Source of the DNA: Octopus sinensis
Taxonomy: Eukaryota
Reading direction: 5' to 3'
Length of the DNA: 64,000 nucleotides
Assembly: GCF_006345805.1 (NCBI RefSeq)
Contig: NC_043000.1
Location: forward strand, 22,692,001-22,756,000
The position numbers and the translations under genes are program-made. The notes under the pieces are model-generated. The model was not told the DNA's origin and did no database searches. It saw only the letters and a list, made by a program, of their open reading frames with translations. This document shows positions 1-11,899 of this stretch, one piece after another (within the stretch, counting starts at the first letter, position 1; every line of letters starts with the position of its first letter).

Positions 1-6
1 CACGTC

Positions 7-520
7 ATCATCATCATCATGATCGCTTAATGTCTGTTTTTCATGCTGGCATGGGTTGGTTGGTTTGGCTGAGGACTGGCAAGCCAGGAGGCTGCACCAG
101 GCTCCAGTCTGATCTGGCAATGTTTTTTACAGCTGGATGCCCTTCCTAATGCCAACCACTCCGAGAGTCTAGTGGGTGCTTTTTATTTGTCACCGGCACA
201 GGAGCCAGTCAGGCGGTACTGGCATCGGCCATGTTCGGATGGTGCTTTTTTATGTGCTACCAGCACTGGAACCAGTTGGGGCGGGGAGGGGGAGAGCTGG
301 CATTGACCCCGTTTGGATGGTGTTTTTACATTCCACTGGCACGGGGAGCCAGTCAGGTGGCACTGGCAATGGCCCATACATGAATGGGGATTATTGCATG
401 TCACCAGCATGGGAGCCAGTCAGGTGGCACTGGCAATGACCCATGCATGAATGGTGCTTGTGGCGTGCCACTAGCACGGGAGCCAGTCAGGCGGAACTGG
501 CATTGACCACAACTACAATT
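7..520 (-). mobile_element. SINE family C ((GAT)n-tailed, internal tandem modules)
   Basis: (CAT)n followed by the diagnostic GGATGCCCTTCCTAATGCCAACCACTCC and repeated GCCAGTCAGG/GTGCCAC modules; matches many other copies in the window. Confidence 0.8.
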
Positions 521-642
521 TCCATTTGATCTGATTTGATTTTGACTTTGATTGCCTCAACAGGTCTCCTCAAGCATGGCATGTCCGACGATTTAAAGGT
601 ACTTTTTAAATGGGCTGGTTATGTGACAGGCAATTGGTGATG

Positions 643-774
643 TTTATGTAGTAAAATGCAATAAAAAAAATAAGTGAAACACAGGTGTGCGACTAAGTTG
701 AAGGTAGATTTACTTCAACTTAGTCACACACTTGTGTTTCACTTATTTTTTTTATTGCGTTTTACTACATAAAT
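643..774. repeat. Near-perfect palindrome, ~61-bp arms with 9-nt spacer
   Basis: TTTATGTAGTAAAA...GACTAAGTTGAAG (643-703) is the reverse complement of CTTCAACTTAGTC...TACTACATAAA (713-774), with a few mismatches. Confidence 0.9.
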
Positions 775-1887
775 AACTGTGGTTATTTAGTGATTGGTGT
801 TTTCCACAGGGACACTGCTTTTGCATTTGTATTACAGTCATTCTTCCTGTGTGAATTTTGCTGCCACTTTCGCATAGACTGGTGGCTGCTATATAAATAA
901 CAGACTCATGAAAATGTCTTCAAGAAGACTGGTTTAGTCACAGGCTGTAGATTTACTTCTGCCTTTATAACATGTAAAGAAAACTTTGTTGGAATGTATG
1001 CAGCACGTGTACTACAGCAAGCAGTATCATGTGTAGTTTTAATACTGAGATTGAAAAGCAGGAGTGAATTATGCCTACCTAATCTACAAAAAAATAAAAT
1101 ATTTTGCATTTTGTGCATAATAATCAGAGTAACCTTCATAATTTTATTGTATATTTTGCCATAAAAGGAAAATGCTACTATCAATCTATTTTATTCAGGG
1201 TAGGCACTGCCCACCATGCCTACCCAGGTTGCACATCCCTGGTTGTAACTGATTGTATGTGTTTGTTACTCTTTACTCTCTCTCTCTTTTACTTGTTTCA
1301 GTCATGTGACTGTGGCCATGCTGGAGCACCGCGTTTAGTCGAGCAAATCAACCCCAGGACTTATTCTTTGTAAGCCTAGTACTTATTCTATCAGTCCCTT
1401 TTGCCGAACCGCTAAGTTACGGGGATGTAAACACACCACCATCGGTTGTCAAGCGATGTTGGGGGACAAACACAGACACACAAACATATACACATGCATA
1501 CATACATATATATATACATATATACGATGGGCTTCTTTCAGTTTCCGTCTACCAAATCCACTCACAAGGCTTTAGTTGGCCTGAGGCTATTGTAGAAGAC
1601 ACTTGCCCAAAGTGCCATCCAGTGGGACTGAACCCGGAACCATGTAGTTTGTAAGCAAGCTACTTACCACACAGCCACTCCTATGCCTATGTTGTATATG
1701 TTTTGATATTAACTGTGGTTATTTAGTGATTGGTGTTTGCCACAGGGACACTGCTTTTGCATTTGTATTACAGTCATTCTTCCTGTGTGAATTTTGCTGC
1801 CACTTTCGCATAGACTGGTGGCTGCTATAGAAATAACAGACTCATGAAAATGTCCTCAAGAAGACTGGTTTAGTCACAGGCTGTCAG
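775..1887 (+). repeat. Direct duplication of ~175 bp (775-950 and 1711-1887)
   Basis: TAACTGTGGTTATTTAGTG...GTCACAGGCTGT occurs twice with only a few differences. Confidence 0.9.
1266..1688 (-). mobile_element. SINE family A (tRNA-like head, internal (TA)/(TG) microsatellite, (GAGTAAAA)n tail)
   Basis: Full-length match to copies at 7325, 28822 and 32546. Confidence 0.85.
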
Positions 1888-2029
1888 ATTCTAATCACTA
1901 AATGACTGCAGTTGACCATGAAGTAGTGTCTAGACATCTGCAGGAGGCTTAGACACCTGATATCAGCCATTCCCATTACAATGGGATACAGCCATAATCC
2001 CATTCAGCTCAACTGAGTGGGATTTATAT

Positions 2030-2430
2030 GTAAGTGTCACTTGCAAAAAGTCATTCATTTTCTTGAAGAACCAGAGAGCATGCTTTTGATTTGTCATGGC
2101 TTAAAAACTGCACCTTTATCAAGTGAAGCCGTGTGGAATGAATAAATAATTCAAGGTTCAGTTAGTTTAGATCTGATTGCAGGATGTTTATGAGACATTG
2201 TTTCAGCAACAAATTGAATTTCGACTGTCTCCAGAGAACCATGAAGTGAGTCAATATCATGTTCTGGAGATGTTTTTCAGATGAAAAACTTGGTCCTATT
2301 TATCACATCACTGACATCTTGAGAGATATTCTTTTATTCTATTCCGATGAATATTTTGCTATTCAAATGGATACTGATGCATGACAATGAGCTCCAAGCA
2401 TATTTGTGCATTCGGTCAAGCAGTTTTGTT
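2030..2430 (+). pseudogene. Highly decayed hAT (Charlie/Buster-like) transposase fragment
   Basis: Broken-frame peptides KTAPLSSEAV and FAIQMD..D, plus MHDNELQAYLCIR, resemble hAT PLSxxTV / FSLQLDESTD motifs from memory; many stops. Confidence 0.3.
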
Positions 2431-2820
2431 CTGATAAAATTTGAAAAAAAAAAAAAAAGCCCCAACCAATGTTCTACCTCTACTTAATCAACTAAGCAAT
2501 CTCTGGAATGAAGCTGATCGTAACATCAAAGCTTAGAAACCATTGAATCTGTTCGAAGAATTCTGTGAACAAATTCCCATTTCTCATTGCCAGTGCTTCA
2601 CAAATGTTACGCACAAAATCATTGGGAGAAAAATGATATCACATGAGATATTGACATGTGAATATAATATTTTGCTCAACAAGAAACTTTTGTATTTGTA
2701 ATGTATTCAAATAGGGTGTCTCCATACCATTTTACCATAAGAGAAGTATTTGCTTCTTAGCATTTAAAATATGTCAAACATATTTTAACTTTCCTAAACT
2801 TTGCTTAATATCTCTTTCCC

Positions 2821-3016
2821 TTTCTCTTTTACTTGTTTCAATCATTTAACTGCAGCCATGCTGGAGCACCACCATTAGTCAAGCAAATCGATCCCAGGAC
2901 TTATTCTTTGTAAGCCTAGTACTTGTTCTATCGGTCTCTTTTGCCGAACCGGCAAGTTACGGGGATGTAAGCACACCAGCATCAGTTGTCAAGCGATGTT
3001 AGGGAGACAAACACTG

Positions 3017-3063
<47 letters not shown>

Positions 3064-3228
3064 TACGACGGGATTCTTTCAGTTTCTGTCTACCAAATCC
3101 ACTTATAAGGCTATGGTCAGTCCAAGGATATAGTAGAAGACACTCACCCAAAGTGCCACGCAGTGGGACTGAACCTGGATTCATGTGGTTGGTAAGCAAA
3201 CTACTTACCACACAGCCACTCCTATGTC
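2821..3228 (-). mobile_element. SINE family A
   Basis: Full-length match with internal (TA)n. Confidence 0.85.
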
Positions 3229-3922
3229 TATTTATTTTATTTTATTTTATTTTATTTTATCTAGTTTCAGCTCACGAGCTGTGGCCCACTTTTGGTTCTA
3301 AATATGTGATTCCATGAATTCTATAACAGAAATATAGTTTAACATATGATTAAATCTTTGTTTTTTTTTTGGTGGGGGGTTAAGGATAGAGAATTAGATA
3401 ATGCAGGTTTAGTTAATTCATTTATCTCATAGGTCATAAAATTATGCAAATTCTAAAAATTTGCTGAATGTTTTAAACCCATGGTAGCCACTGGATGTAT
3501 GACCCATCTGAGTCTATGGGTTTGTGTATGTGTGTGTGTATATATTTGAGTGTGTGTGTGTGCACATGTATTGTTGTGTAAGGCATATAAATTATGAATA
3601 GTTGTGTGAAGATGGCATAGTTTAGAATTGGTGAATAGAAAAAAAAAACAGCAAAAACCAAACAAACAAACAAAAACTCAGGATGTTGGAAAGTGTACAA
3701 TAGTGGAAAAGATCAGGTTTCATATATATCAAAGATAATTATGAAGATGTGTTGCAAAGGTGAGAGAACAAGCTTTTCATTCTTTAAGTATGGAACAGGA
3801 TAAAAATTATGGAATCTGGGATAACAATTTCCTTTTATTATTTTAACATTTTAAAATATCTTTTGCATTTGTTTTTAGATTTATGCTAATATAAGTTGGA
3901 AAATTCTTCAAATATGAATATA

Positions 3923-4050
3923 CTGGGGGTGGGCAAAAGTAGACATACAGTTGCTTAATATGGGTGGAATGTTCTTTTTCAATCCTTCTTCATTTTTAAA
4001 CCTCAGCGATTCAACTAAGCAACTGTGTACCTACTTTTGCTCACCCCTTG
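3923..4050. mobile_element. Tc1/mariner-type MITE (128 bp)
   Basis: TIRs C(T)GGGGGTGGGCAAAAGTAG..ACAGTTGCTTA / TAAGCAACTGT..CTACTTTTGCTCACCCCTTG, flanked by TA. Confidence 0.75.
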
Positions 4051-4321
4051 TAAGGTACAGTTGTTGTATGATAATTTGCTTTACCTTCATAGGCCTAAAT
4101 TCTTAAACCTTCTTTACCACCCGGAACATTAGTTAATTCCATGCTTATTTAAAGAATTGGTTTCTTTAACCTATAAAGCGCTGGGATTTGCACTTACATA
4201 GCATGGATTGCTGAGCACATTTTGTGAAAATGAGACTATAAAAAACAAAAAAATAGTTAAAATATTGGAGATGTACTTGCCTAGCAAGTGACCTGATCTT
4301 AGATCGTGTGCTGAAACAAAA

Positions 4322-4549
4322 ACAATTGCAGTCTGGAAGGTGTTTATAAGCCATTTAAAAACACACAAAAGCCGTTAGATTCACTTCAACATTGAAATTT
4401 AATTTAAGATGCAGCACGGAATTTTGTCAGTGAACAGATTGCAGTCTCAAAGCGATGAAAATATTTTGGCAAATTAAATTTAAATGTTGAATCTAACGGT
4501 TTTTGTGCGTTTTTAAATGGCTTATAAACACCTTCCATGCTGCAATTGT
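4322..4549. repeat. Fold-back element, ~85-bp inverted arms
   Basis: ACAATTGCAG..GGAAGGTGTTTATAAGCCATTTAAAAAC.CACAAAA.CCGTTAGATTCA present in both orientations. Confidence 0.85.
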
Positions 4550-4802
4550 AGCTAAAATATCTTCTTAGTCTATATTGGTGGCAAGTTTTACATCATCTGA
4601 AAAGTCATTAGTTGAACTATTAGTCCTCTTGCATTCTGAGGGTATGGGATATTCGAGCATTTGAGTAACATTAGACTCCAATGAATGCCCATAAATTAAA
4701 TGCATCTATATGGGCCACAATCGTGGCCTGTCGTGCTTTGTGTGTTACTATATATATTTTTTTTCCATCTGCCATGTGAGTTATCTAATATAAAAGAGCA
4801 TC

Positions 4803-5195
4803 TTTTATCTTTTTTGCTTGTTTCAGTAATTGGACTGCAGCCATGCTGGGGCACTACCTTCAAAGATTTAGTCAAACAAATTGTCCCCACCCTACCCTCT
4901 AGTACTTACTTTTTTAAGGCTGGTACTTACCCTACCAGTCTCTTTTGCTGAACCACTAAGTTATGGGGACATAAATAAACCAACACTGATTGTCAAGCTG
5001 TGGCGGTGATGGGGACAAACATAAGCACACACACACACACAACGAGGCTTCCTTGCTGTTTCTGTTTACTGTATTCACTCACAAGTCATTGGTTGGCTCA
5101 GGGCTATTGTAGAGGACACTTGCCCAAGATGTGGTACAGTCGGACTGAACCCAGAACCACATGGTTGCAAAGCAAGCTTCTTAACCACTCAGTCT
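4803..5195 (-). mobile_element. SINE family A (older copy)
   Basis: Diverged match to family A. Confidence 0.75.
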
Positions 5196-5276
5196 TGTCT
5201 GTGTCTATACAAAATTTTCTGAAAAAGGAAAGTTATACAACATATCACAATGTTTCTGAATCAAATAATTCTCTTT

Positions 5277-5492
5277 CTCTTTTCTCTTTTATTCGTTTCT
5301 GTCATTTGACTGCGGCCATGCTTGAGCACCGCCTTTAGTCACACAAATCGATCCCAGGACTTATTCTTTGTAAGCCTAGTACTTATTCTATCAGTCTCTT
5401 TTGCCAAACTGCTAAGTTACAGGGGCATAAACACACCAGCATTGGTTGTCAAGCGATGTTGGGGGGACAAACACTGACACACAAACATATAG

Positions 5493-5549
<57 letters not shown>

Positions 5550-5715
5550 TACGATGGGCTTCTTTCAGTTTCCGTCTACCAAATCCACTCACAAGGCTTT
5601 GGTCGGCCCGAGGCTATAGTAGAAGACACTTGCCCAAGGTGCCATGCAGTGGGACTGAACCTGGAACCATGTGGTTGGTAAGCAAGCTACTTACCACACA
5701 GCCACTCCAGCACCT
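5277..5715 (-). mobile_element. SINE family A
   Basis: Full-length, long internal (TA)n. Confidence 0.85.
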
Positions 5716-6400
5716 ATATAAGAAAAAAAAAAGTCATGATGATCATGATATTTCTAACCTTAAGTTAAAATAACTTTGAAAATTTTAACTCTGGGAAAAT
5801 ATATAGATCCAGCATCTAAAAGACCATTATTTTGGCCTGATTAGATTTCATTTAGTTCAACCTTTTAGCGTTTTAACTGACTGTATTTGACCCAAACATT
5901 CTACATGTTTTATGTCAAAACCGACCTGATCCAGCCTCTCACACCTTCCCTACAATGTCATTGTAAAAATATACAAACACACCATTAAAATCTTGAAGCT
6001 ACAAGATTTCATGATTCATTCAAAACTATGTGAATAAATAAGCAATATATCTGACAAAGAAATCTGAGTAAAATTTATGCATTCTTTGTTGTATCTTAGG
6101 AGGGTCATTATGCCAATAATAAACACACACTGGTTCTATTTTACTTCTTTATTTGTCATTTGGTTGACTATTTAATCATTTAACCAATCAATTGTTTGAT
6201 TAATCATTCAGTCAGTTAGTCACCCTATCAGCTAAGTTTGTCAAAGTTCTTTTGTTGCCAGTCATGACATCATCAATGACATGCCCTCTCCTACTCAAAG
6301 TCTGCTTCAGGTCTGTCTGTCTCCTAGTTTATAGGTTCTGTATTTATATTTTTATATGTATGTGAGTGAGAAGGGGAGGTGAAAAGAGAGAGAAAGAGAA

Positions 6401-6740
6401 CATCATCATCATCGTTTAACGTCCGCTTTCCATGCTGGCATGGGTTGGACGATTTGACTGAGGACTGGTGAACCAGATAGCTGCACCAAGCTCCAGTCTA
6501 ATCTGGCAGAGTTTCTACAGCTGGATGCCCTTCCTAATGCCAACCACTCCAGGAGTGTAGTGGGTGCTTTTATGTGCCACTGGCATGAGGGCCAGTCAGG
6601 TGGTACTGGCAATGGCCACGCTCAAATGGTGCTTTTTATGTGCCACCTCCACAGGAGCCAGTCCAGCGGCACTGGCAACGACCTCACTTGAATGGTTTTT
6701 CATGTGCCACCAGCCACAAGTGCTAGTAAGGCTAGTAACA
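6401..6740 (-). mobile_element. SINE family C
   Basis: CATCATCATCGTTTAACGTCCGCTTTCCATGC terminus and family C body. Confidence 0.85.
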
Positions 6741-6899
6741 TGTGTGTGAGTATGTGTTCGTGAATATATGCACTTTCCTCTGTGTGTGTGTGGATGGGAA
6801 TTTGTGTGGTGTAGTGGATTCTATAAGTGTGTGAGAGAGAACTTGTGTGTGTATGCATGCATGCACATTACTTTTACATAATTTTTCTCATACTCTAAT

Positions 6900-7100
6900 A
6901 CCTATTTCTTTACTACCCACAAGGGGCTAAACGCAGAGGGGACAAATAAGGACAGAGAAACGGATTAAGTCGATTACATCGACCTCAGTGCGTCACTGGT
7001 ACTTAATTTATCGACCCTGAAAAGACGAAAGGCAAAGTCGACCCCGGCGGAATTTGAACTCACAATGTAATGGCGGACAAAATGCTACAAACCAGCTCGC
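6900..7100 (-). mobile_element. SINE family B (tRNA-like head; TTCATCCTTTCGGGGTCGAT core)
   Basis: Reverse-complement match to the copy at 10432. Confidence 0.8.
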
Positions 7101-7324
7101 CGCCTTTTACTCTAATACTAGTTTGGGAATTTATTCTGAATATTATTCCAGACCCTTACTCCCATTTTTTCCTTAGTTTTCTAATTTGTTACCAACCCTT
7201 CCTGTTTCTGGCAGTTGTTAGCATTGTTATTGACCCATGTTCTAGCTGTCTCCTCTTCATTTTCTTATATTTTACCTATGTTCTTGTTGATTATCTCCCT
7301 TCTTTACTGTCCAACATCTCTTAC

Positions 7325-7756
7325 CTCTCTTTACTCTCTTTTACTCTTTTACTTGTTTCAGTCATTTGACTGCGGCCATGCTGGAGCACCGCCTTTAGTC
7401 GAACAGATCGACCCCGGGACTTATTCTTTGTAAGCCCAGTACTTATTCTATCGGTCTCTTTTTGCCGAACCGCTAAGTGACAGGTACGTAAACACACCAG
7501 CATCGGTTGTCAAGCAAAGCTAGGGGGACAAACACAAACACAGACACACAAACACACACACATACACACATATATATATATACATATATACGACAGGCTT
7601 CTTTCAGTTCCCGTCTACCAAATCCACTCACAAGGCATTGGTCGGCCCGGGGCTATAGCAGAAGACACTTGCCCAAGATGCCACGCAGTGGGACTGAACC
7701 CGGAACCATGTGGTTGGTTAGCAAGCTACTTACCACACAGCCACTCCTGCGCCTAC
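7325..7756 (-). mobile_element. SINE family A (young, near-consensus)
   Basis: Intact head and tail, CpGs retained. Confidence 0.88.
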
Positions 7757-8039
7757 CTTGTGACTTTTCTTTATACTTCACTAGTTTAACCTCTCTCTCT
7801 CTCTCTCTCTTTCTCCCCCCCCACTTCTCTCACCACTGCAAAACATTCCTCTCCAGCAAAGTGTATTGCCTGAATTGCTACACTTCTCTTACTTTTAGCA
7901 AATCATTTTATTTCACGTTTGAACTGCTTACATAAACAATCTGATTGAGAGGCAGCATGCACGATAACAAACTACATTGAAGCTTGAAGATAGTTAACTA
8001 GACTGAAATTTCAATTCTTCACTTGCAGAACCTATGTGT

Positions 8040-8042
8040 GTT

Positions 8043-8104
<62 letters not shown>

Positions 8105-8440
8105 TCTTTCTCCCCCTCTCTCTCCCTCCTTCCCTCCTTCCCCATCTCTCTTTCCCTCTCTATCCCTCCCTCACCTCCCTCCTTCTCTCTCCCTCCTTCC
8201 CTCCTTCCCCACCTCTCTCCCACTCTCTATCCCTCCCTCACCTCCCTCCCTCACCTCCCTCCTTCTCTCCCCCTCTCTCCTCTCTCTCTCTCTCCCTCCC
8301 TCCCTCCCTCCTTCTCTCCCCCTCTCTCCTCTCTCCCTCCTTCCCTCCTTCCCCACCTCTCTCCCACTCTCTTTCCCTCTCTATCCCTCTCTCACCTCCC
8401 TCCTTCTCTCCTTCTCCCCCCCCACTCTCTCACTCATTCC
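8040..8440 (+). repeat. (CT)n microsatellite and C/T-only low-complexity tract with internal duplications
   Basis: About 400 bp almost purely pyrimidine on +; CCTTCCCTCCTTCCCCA.CTCT blocks repeat. Confidence 0.95.
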
Positions 8441-8956
8441 CAAAATTATTTAAAAACAAGACTAGAAATACATTATTTAGAATTAGACTCTTCTGTACAC
8501 ATAACAAAACCAACATCTGAATAACTTGACTGAACTCCCAGAGCTGGTGATGATTTTCCAATGATTTTGCAGTTCTTTGCATCATCTTCATTAGAAGCAT
8601 ACAGTCCTTCTGGGGTCCATTTTCAACATACATCAAAGAACACTTCATGTGAAAGCAGACCTCACCAGATAGTGGCCGTAGCCGGTCCACGGCTTATATA
8701 TAAATTTAAGAGTGGAAAATTACTGTTAGACAAAATCTAATCTCGCATTGAAAAAATATGTTCTCTATTGGTAATACATTTATCTGAAAATTATCATAAG
8801 AGATTGGCTTCTGAAGTGAAGTTTGATATGAAGAAAGAAGACTTATTGGTAATGTAAGAAGATGCAGGCAGAAAACCATTAACACATCATCTTTATTTAA
8901 TGCCCTTGTTCCATGTTGCCATCCATTGGACCAGAACTTCTGTTTTTTAAGAATTA

Positions 8957-9107
8957 CTGTATTCTAATGTGTATAAGGAACCCCCTAATTTTGGGGGTTT
9001 AAAATTTGGAAAAATGGTTTTGTAAAGGATTATAATATTATCCATGTATAAGGAACTCCCATATTTTTTTAACCTAATTTTTGACAAAAAAAGGGTTCTT
9101 TATATAC
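8957..9107. mobile_element. pogo/Tigger-type MITE, family 'CCGTATTTT' (right end damaged)
   Basis: Same sequence as the intact copies at 25539 and 41682. Confidence 0.75.
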
Positions 9108-9146
9108 TATTTTAATGTGTAAATTTGAGATCATTTATCAAAACAT

Positions 9147-9331
9147 TTCGTTTTTGGATTTGGTTTGCAAGATTCTTTATATGAGTTTGTGTGTTGAAGC
9201 ATATTCTGTTGTGTCTGGGGAGAGTCATTTTCTTTTTGTGCCTTATGATATATATAATATAACACACTCACCAGTGAGTGTGTTATATTATAAGGCACAA
9301 AAAGAAAATGATTCTCCCCAGACACAACAGA
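9147..9331. mobile_element. Fold-back retro-insert, family E (Penelope pLTR-like)
   Basis: 12-bp TSD TTATCAAAACAT (9135-9146 / 9332-9343); internal inversion centred on CACTCACC|AGTGAGTG. Confidence 0.7.
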
Positions 9332-9352
9332 TTATCAAAACATAATTTATAT

Positions 9353-9743
9353 GGATGGAAGCACTCCGTCGGTTTTGATGATGAGGGTTCCGGCTGATCC
9401 AATCAACGGAACAGCCTGCTCATGAAATTAACGTGTAAGTGGCTGAGCACTCCACAGACACGTGTACCCTTAACGTAGTTCTCAGGGATATTCAGCGTGA
9501 CACAGAGAGTAACAAGGCCGGCCCTTTTGAAGTACAGGTACAACAGAAACAGGAGGTAAGAGTGAGAGAAAGTCGTGGTGAAAGAGTACAGCAGGGATCA
9601 CTACCATCCCCTGCCGGAGCCTCGTGGAGCTTTTTAGGTGTTTTTGCTCAATAAACACTCACAACGCCCGGTCTGGGAATCGAAACCGCGATCCTATGAC
9701 CGCAAATCCGCTGCCCTAACCACTGGGCCATTGCGCCTCCACT
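9353..9743 (-). mobile_element. SINE family D1 (tRNA-like head GGCGCAATGGCCCAGTGGTTAGG...GGTTTCGATTCCC)
   Basis: A/B boxes at ~9670-9737; 11-bp TSD ATAATTTATAT (9342-9352 / 9744-9754). Confidence 0.85.
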
Positions 9744-9879
9744 ATAATTTATATATATGCTTTGGCCACCGATATTTTATCAAGGTGCAGTCCACTGATT
9801 CTCCTTTTGACCATTATTCTCTTCTGGAATGACCACAGGATGATAAAAACTGCTGTGTTTAATTAAACATAGGCCATTT

Positions 9880-10430
9880 CACAGGATGTCAACAAATATA
9901 CCACAAGAAAAGCTGTTATGTTAAAGTACAGAGAGGTTATTATTACATATTCAACATCTGTCTGGCATGTAATGAAAATTATGTTCAATGTACAAGAATT
10001 TTTTCCTTTTTTGTCTGCAACCACTTTAGCATTGCAGTAGCATGTTTTTCTATCTAAAAAGCTTTTAAAGTAAGAATTCTGCCAGCATGCTACCGGAAGG
10101 AGATGCCTGTTCTCTGGCTAAAAATTATCCTCTCCTTGTTATTTTTATTTGTTGGGATGAAATTCATGTTCTGATGCCAGCTACATGCTTACCTGGCAAA
10201 ATGAAATTTTATACAGATGGTACTTTTATTCCAAGACTTTGCAGCATTAAGAATCTCAATGGTAGGTCAGTTTGGAATATTATATGAACACTTCTCTTGA
10301 CCTAATTCCACTCACTCAAGTACATCTTAAGGCCATCAACAAAAAACATGTAGGTGACATGAATTTTTCTTTCATATGCAGATCCTATAGCATTGCCCTT
10401 TGCATTTCCTTAACAAGACTGACACAGAGT
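9880..10430 (-). pseudogene. Decayed non-LTR reverse transcriptase fragment (R4/HERO-like RLE clades)
   Basis: Minus-strand frame GNAIGSAYERKIHVTYMFFVDGLKMY resembles RT domain 5 (HLxFxDDLKLY); flanking frames broken; interrupted by the SINE at 10432. Confidence 0.5.
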
Positions 10431-10431
10431 A

Positions 10432-10665
10432 AGGGCGGCAAGCTGGCAGAATCGTTAGCACGCCGGTCGAAACGCTTAGCGGTATTTCATCTGTCGTTAC
10501 ATTCTGAGTTCAAATTCTGCCGAGGTTGACTTTGCTTTCATCCTTTCGGGGTCAACAAATTAAGTACCAGTTACGCACTGGGGTCGATGTAATCGACTTA
10601 ATTCTTTGTCTGTCCTTGTTTGTCCCCTCTATGTTTAGCTCCTTGTGGGCAATAAAGAAATAAGA
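10432..10665 (+). mobile_element. SINE family B
   Basis: GGCGGCAAGCTGGCAGAATCGTTAGC head, GAGTTCAAATT B-box, AATAAAGAAATAAG tail. Confidence 0.88.
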
Positions 10666-11899
10666 CTGACAAAGAGTCACTACTTGGATATAAAGTATTA
10701 GAGACAGGTTATCACCCTCAAATATTGTTGTCAAATTCTGTTAGTGACTATAGTTGTAGCTTCAGGTCTTATTGATTGCTTTGTAGATTATGTCAGTCTC
10801 TTACATAATGGCATCAATTATAGCAACTGGAACTTGGCAAGGCATAGTGGTTCTATTATGTGTAAGAATGGATGTGTCTACACACATATATATATGCATC
10901 TGTATTTATTTATGTGTGTGTATTATCCTTCATTGAGGAGCCTCAACAAAAGATGTAAACATCCATTAAAAAACCAAAAGACTGGTACTTCTTGAATGAA
11001 GTCCCTTTTGATATTTGTTCTGCATTGAGTCACAAAGACACTCCATTGTCACTCTTCACTTTCACAACTAAAAACTAAAATTGCAGTGAACCAGTTATTG
11101 GCCAACCAGAAACCTTGTTTGCAAATTTATGAATAAAATAAAAATAATCCCTTCCCAATGTTTAAGTAAGTTATGTCAATTTGTTTCATCTTGAAATATA
11201 TGTTTGCTCTAATTTCTTGAATACTCACTGAGTTTTGTTTGCACTAGCTGTATAAACAAGTATCATATGTGCATATGTAGGAATGGTTGCATATGTATAT
11301 ATTTGGCTTGTTTCCTGGTTTCCACATCCTATAAGAGACCGAGATCACAACATTCCCCCTGAATGGGGAGTCTGTTGCAGAGTTCAAGGTTAACAATATT
11401 GAGGGAAGGAAACAAATTAATTAAATTGATCCCAGTATTTCACTGGTATTTTAGTTTACTGACCCCGAAGGGATTGAAAGCAAAGTTGATCTCTGCAAGA
11501 TTTGAAACCAGAATGTAAAAAGTTGGAGGAAACACCACTAAGCATTTTGTGTGACATGCTAAAGATTCTACCAACTTCACGCCTTTTGAATTATAGTAAG
11601 AAGTTGAAATTGTATGGGAATTATTGAAGATAGGGGGTTCTCGAGTGGTAAAATTATTATAAGTGTTTGGTAGGACAAAAGATAGTGAGAATATAAGGAT
11701 AGGATGGTAGAATGTGTTTGAACTGGGTTGACTCAAAACATGTAATAAGGGTGGGAGGAATGACAAAATGTTCAATGGTATTTCTAAGAAAATGTTCATC
11801 TTCCATGTGGGTTCCTGAGTCTTGGATGCAATTGTTGTAAAGCAAGAAATCAGAACTTTTAAAGGGGATTTACTTGAGTCATAAAGAGGAAATGGATCT

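Noticed and set aside
8430-8700. Possible coding exon in unique sequence (minus ORF MDRLRPLSGE..., alternative frame WTPEGLYASNEDD...)
   Set aside because: No recognisable homology and no consistent acceptor/donor pair; cannot be supported without transcripts.
9670-9740. tRNA gene candidates (also 57248-57310, 63628-63690 and the family A/B heads)
   Set aside because: The acceptor stem does not close, and each continues into a SINE body (with TSDs for D1 and D2); these are tRNA-derived heads.
10183-10205. Minus-strand TTTCATTTTGCCAG|GTAAGC resembling a recursive splice site
   Set aside because: Lies within a decayed RT relic, and the host transcript is itself hypothetical; one such motif can arise by chance.
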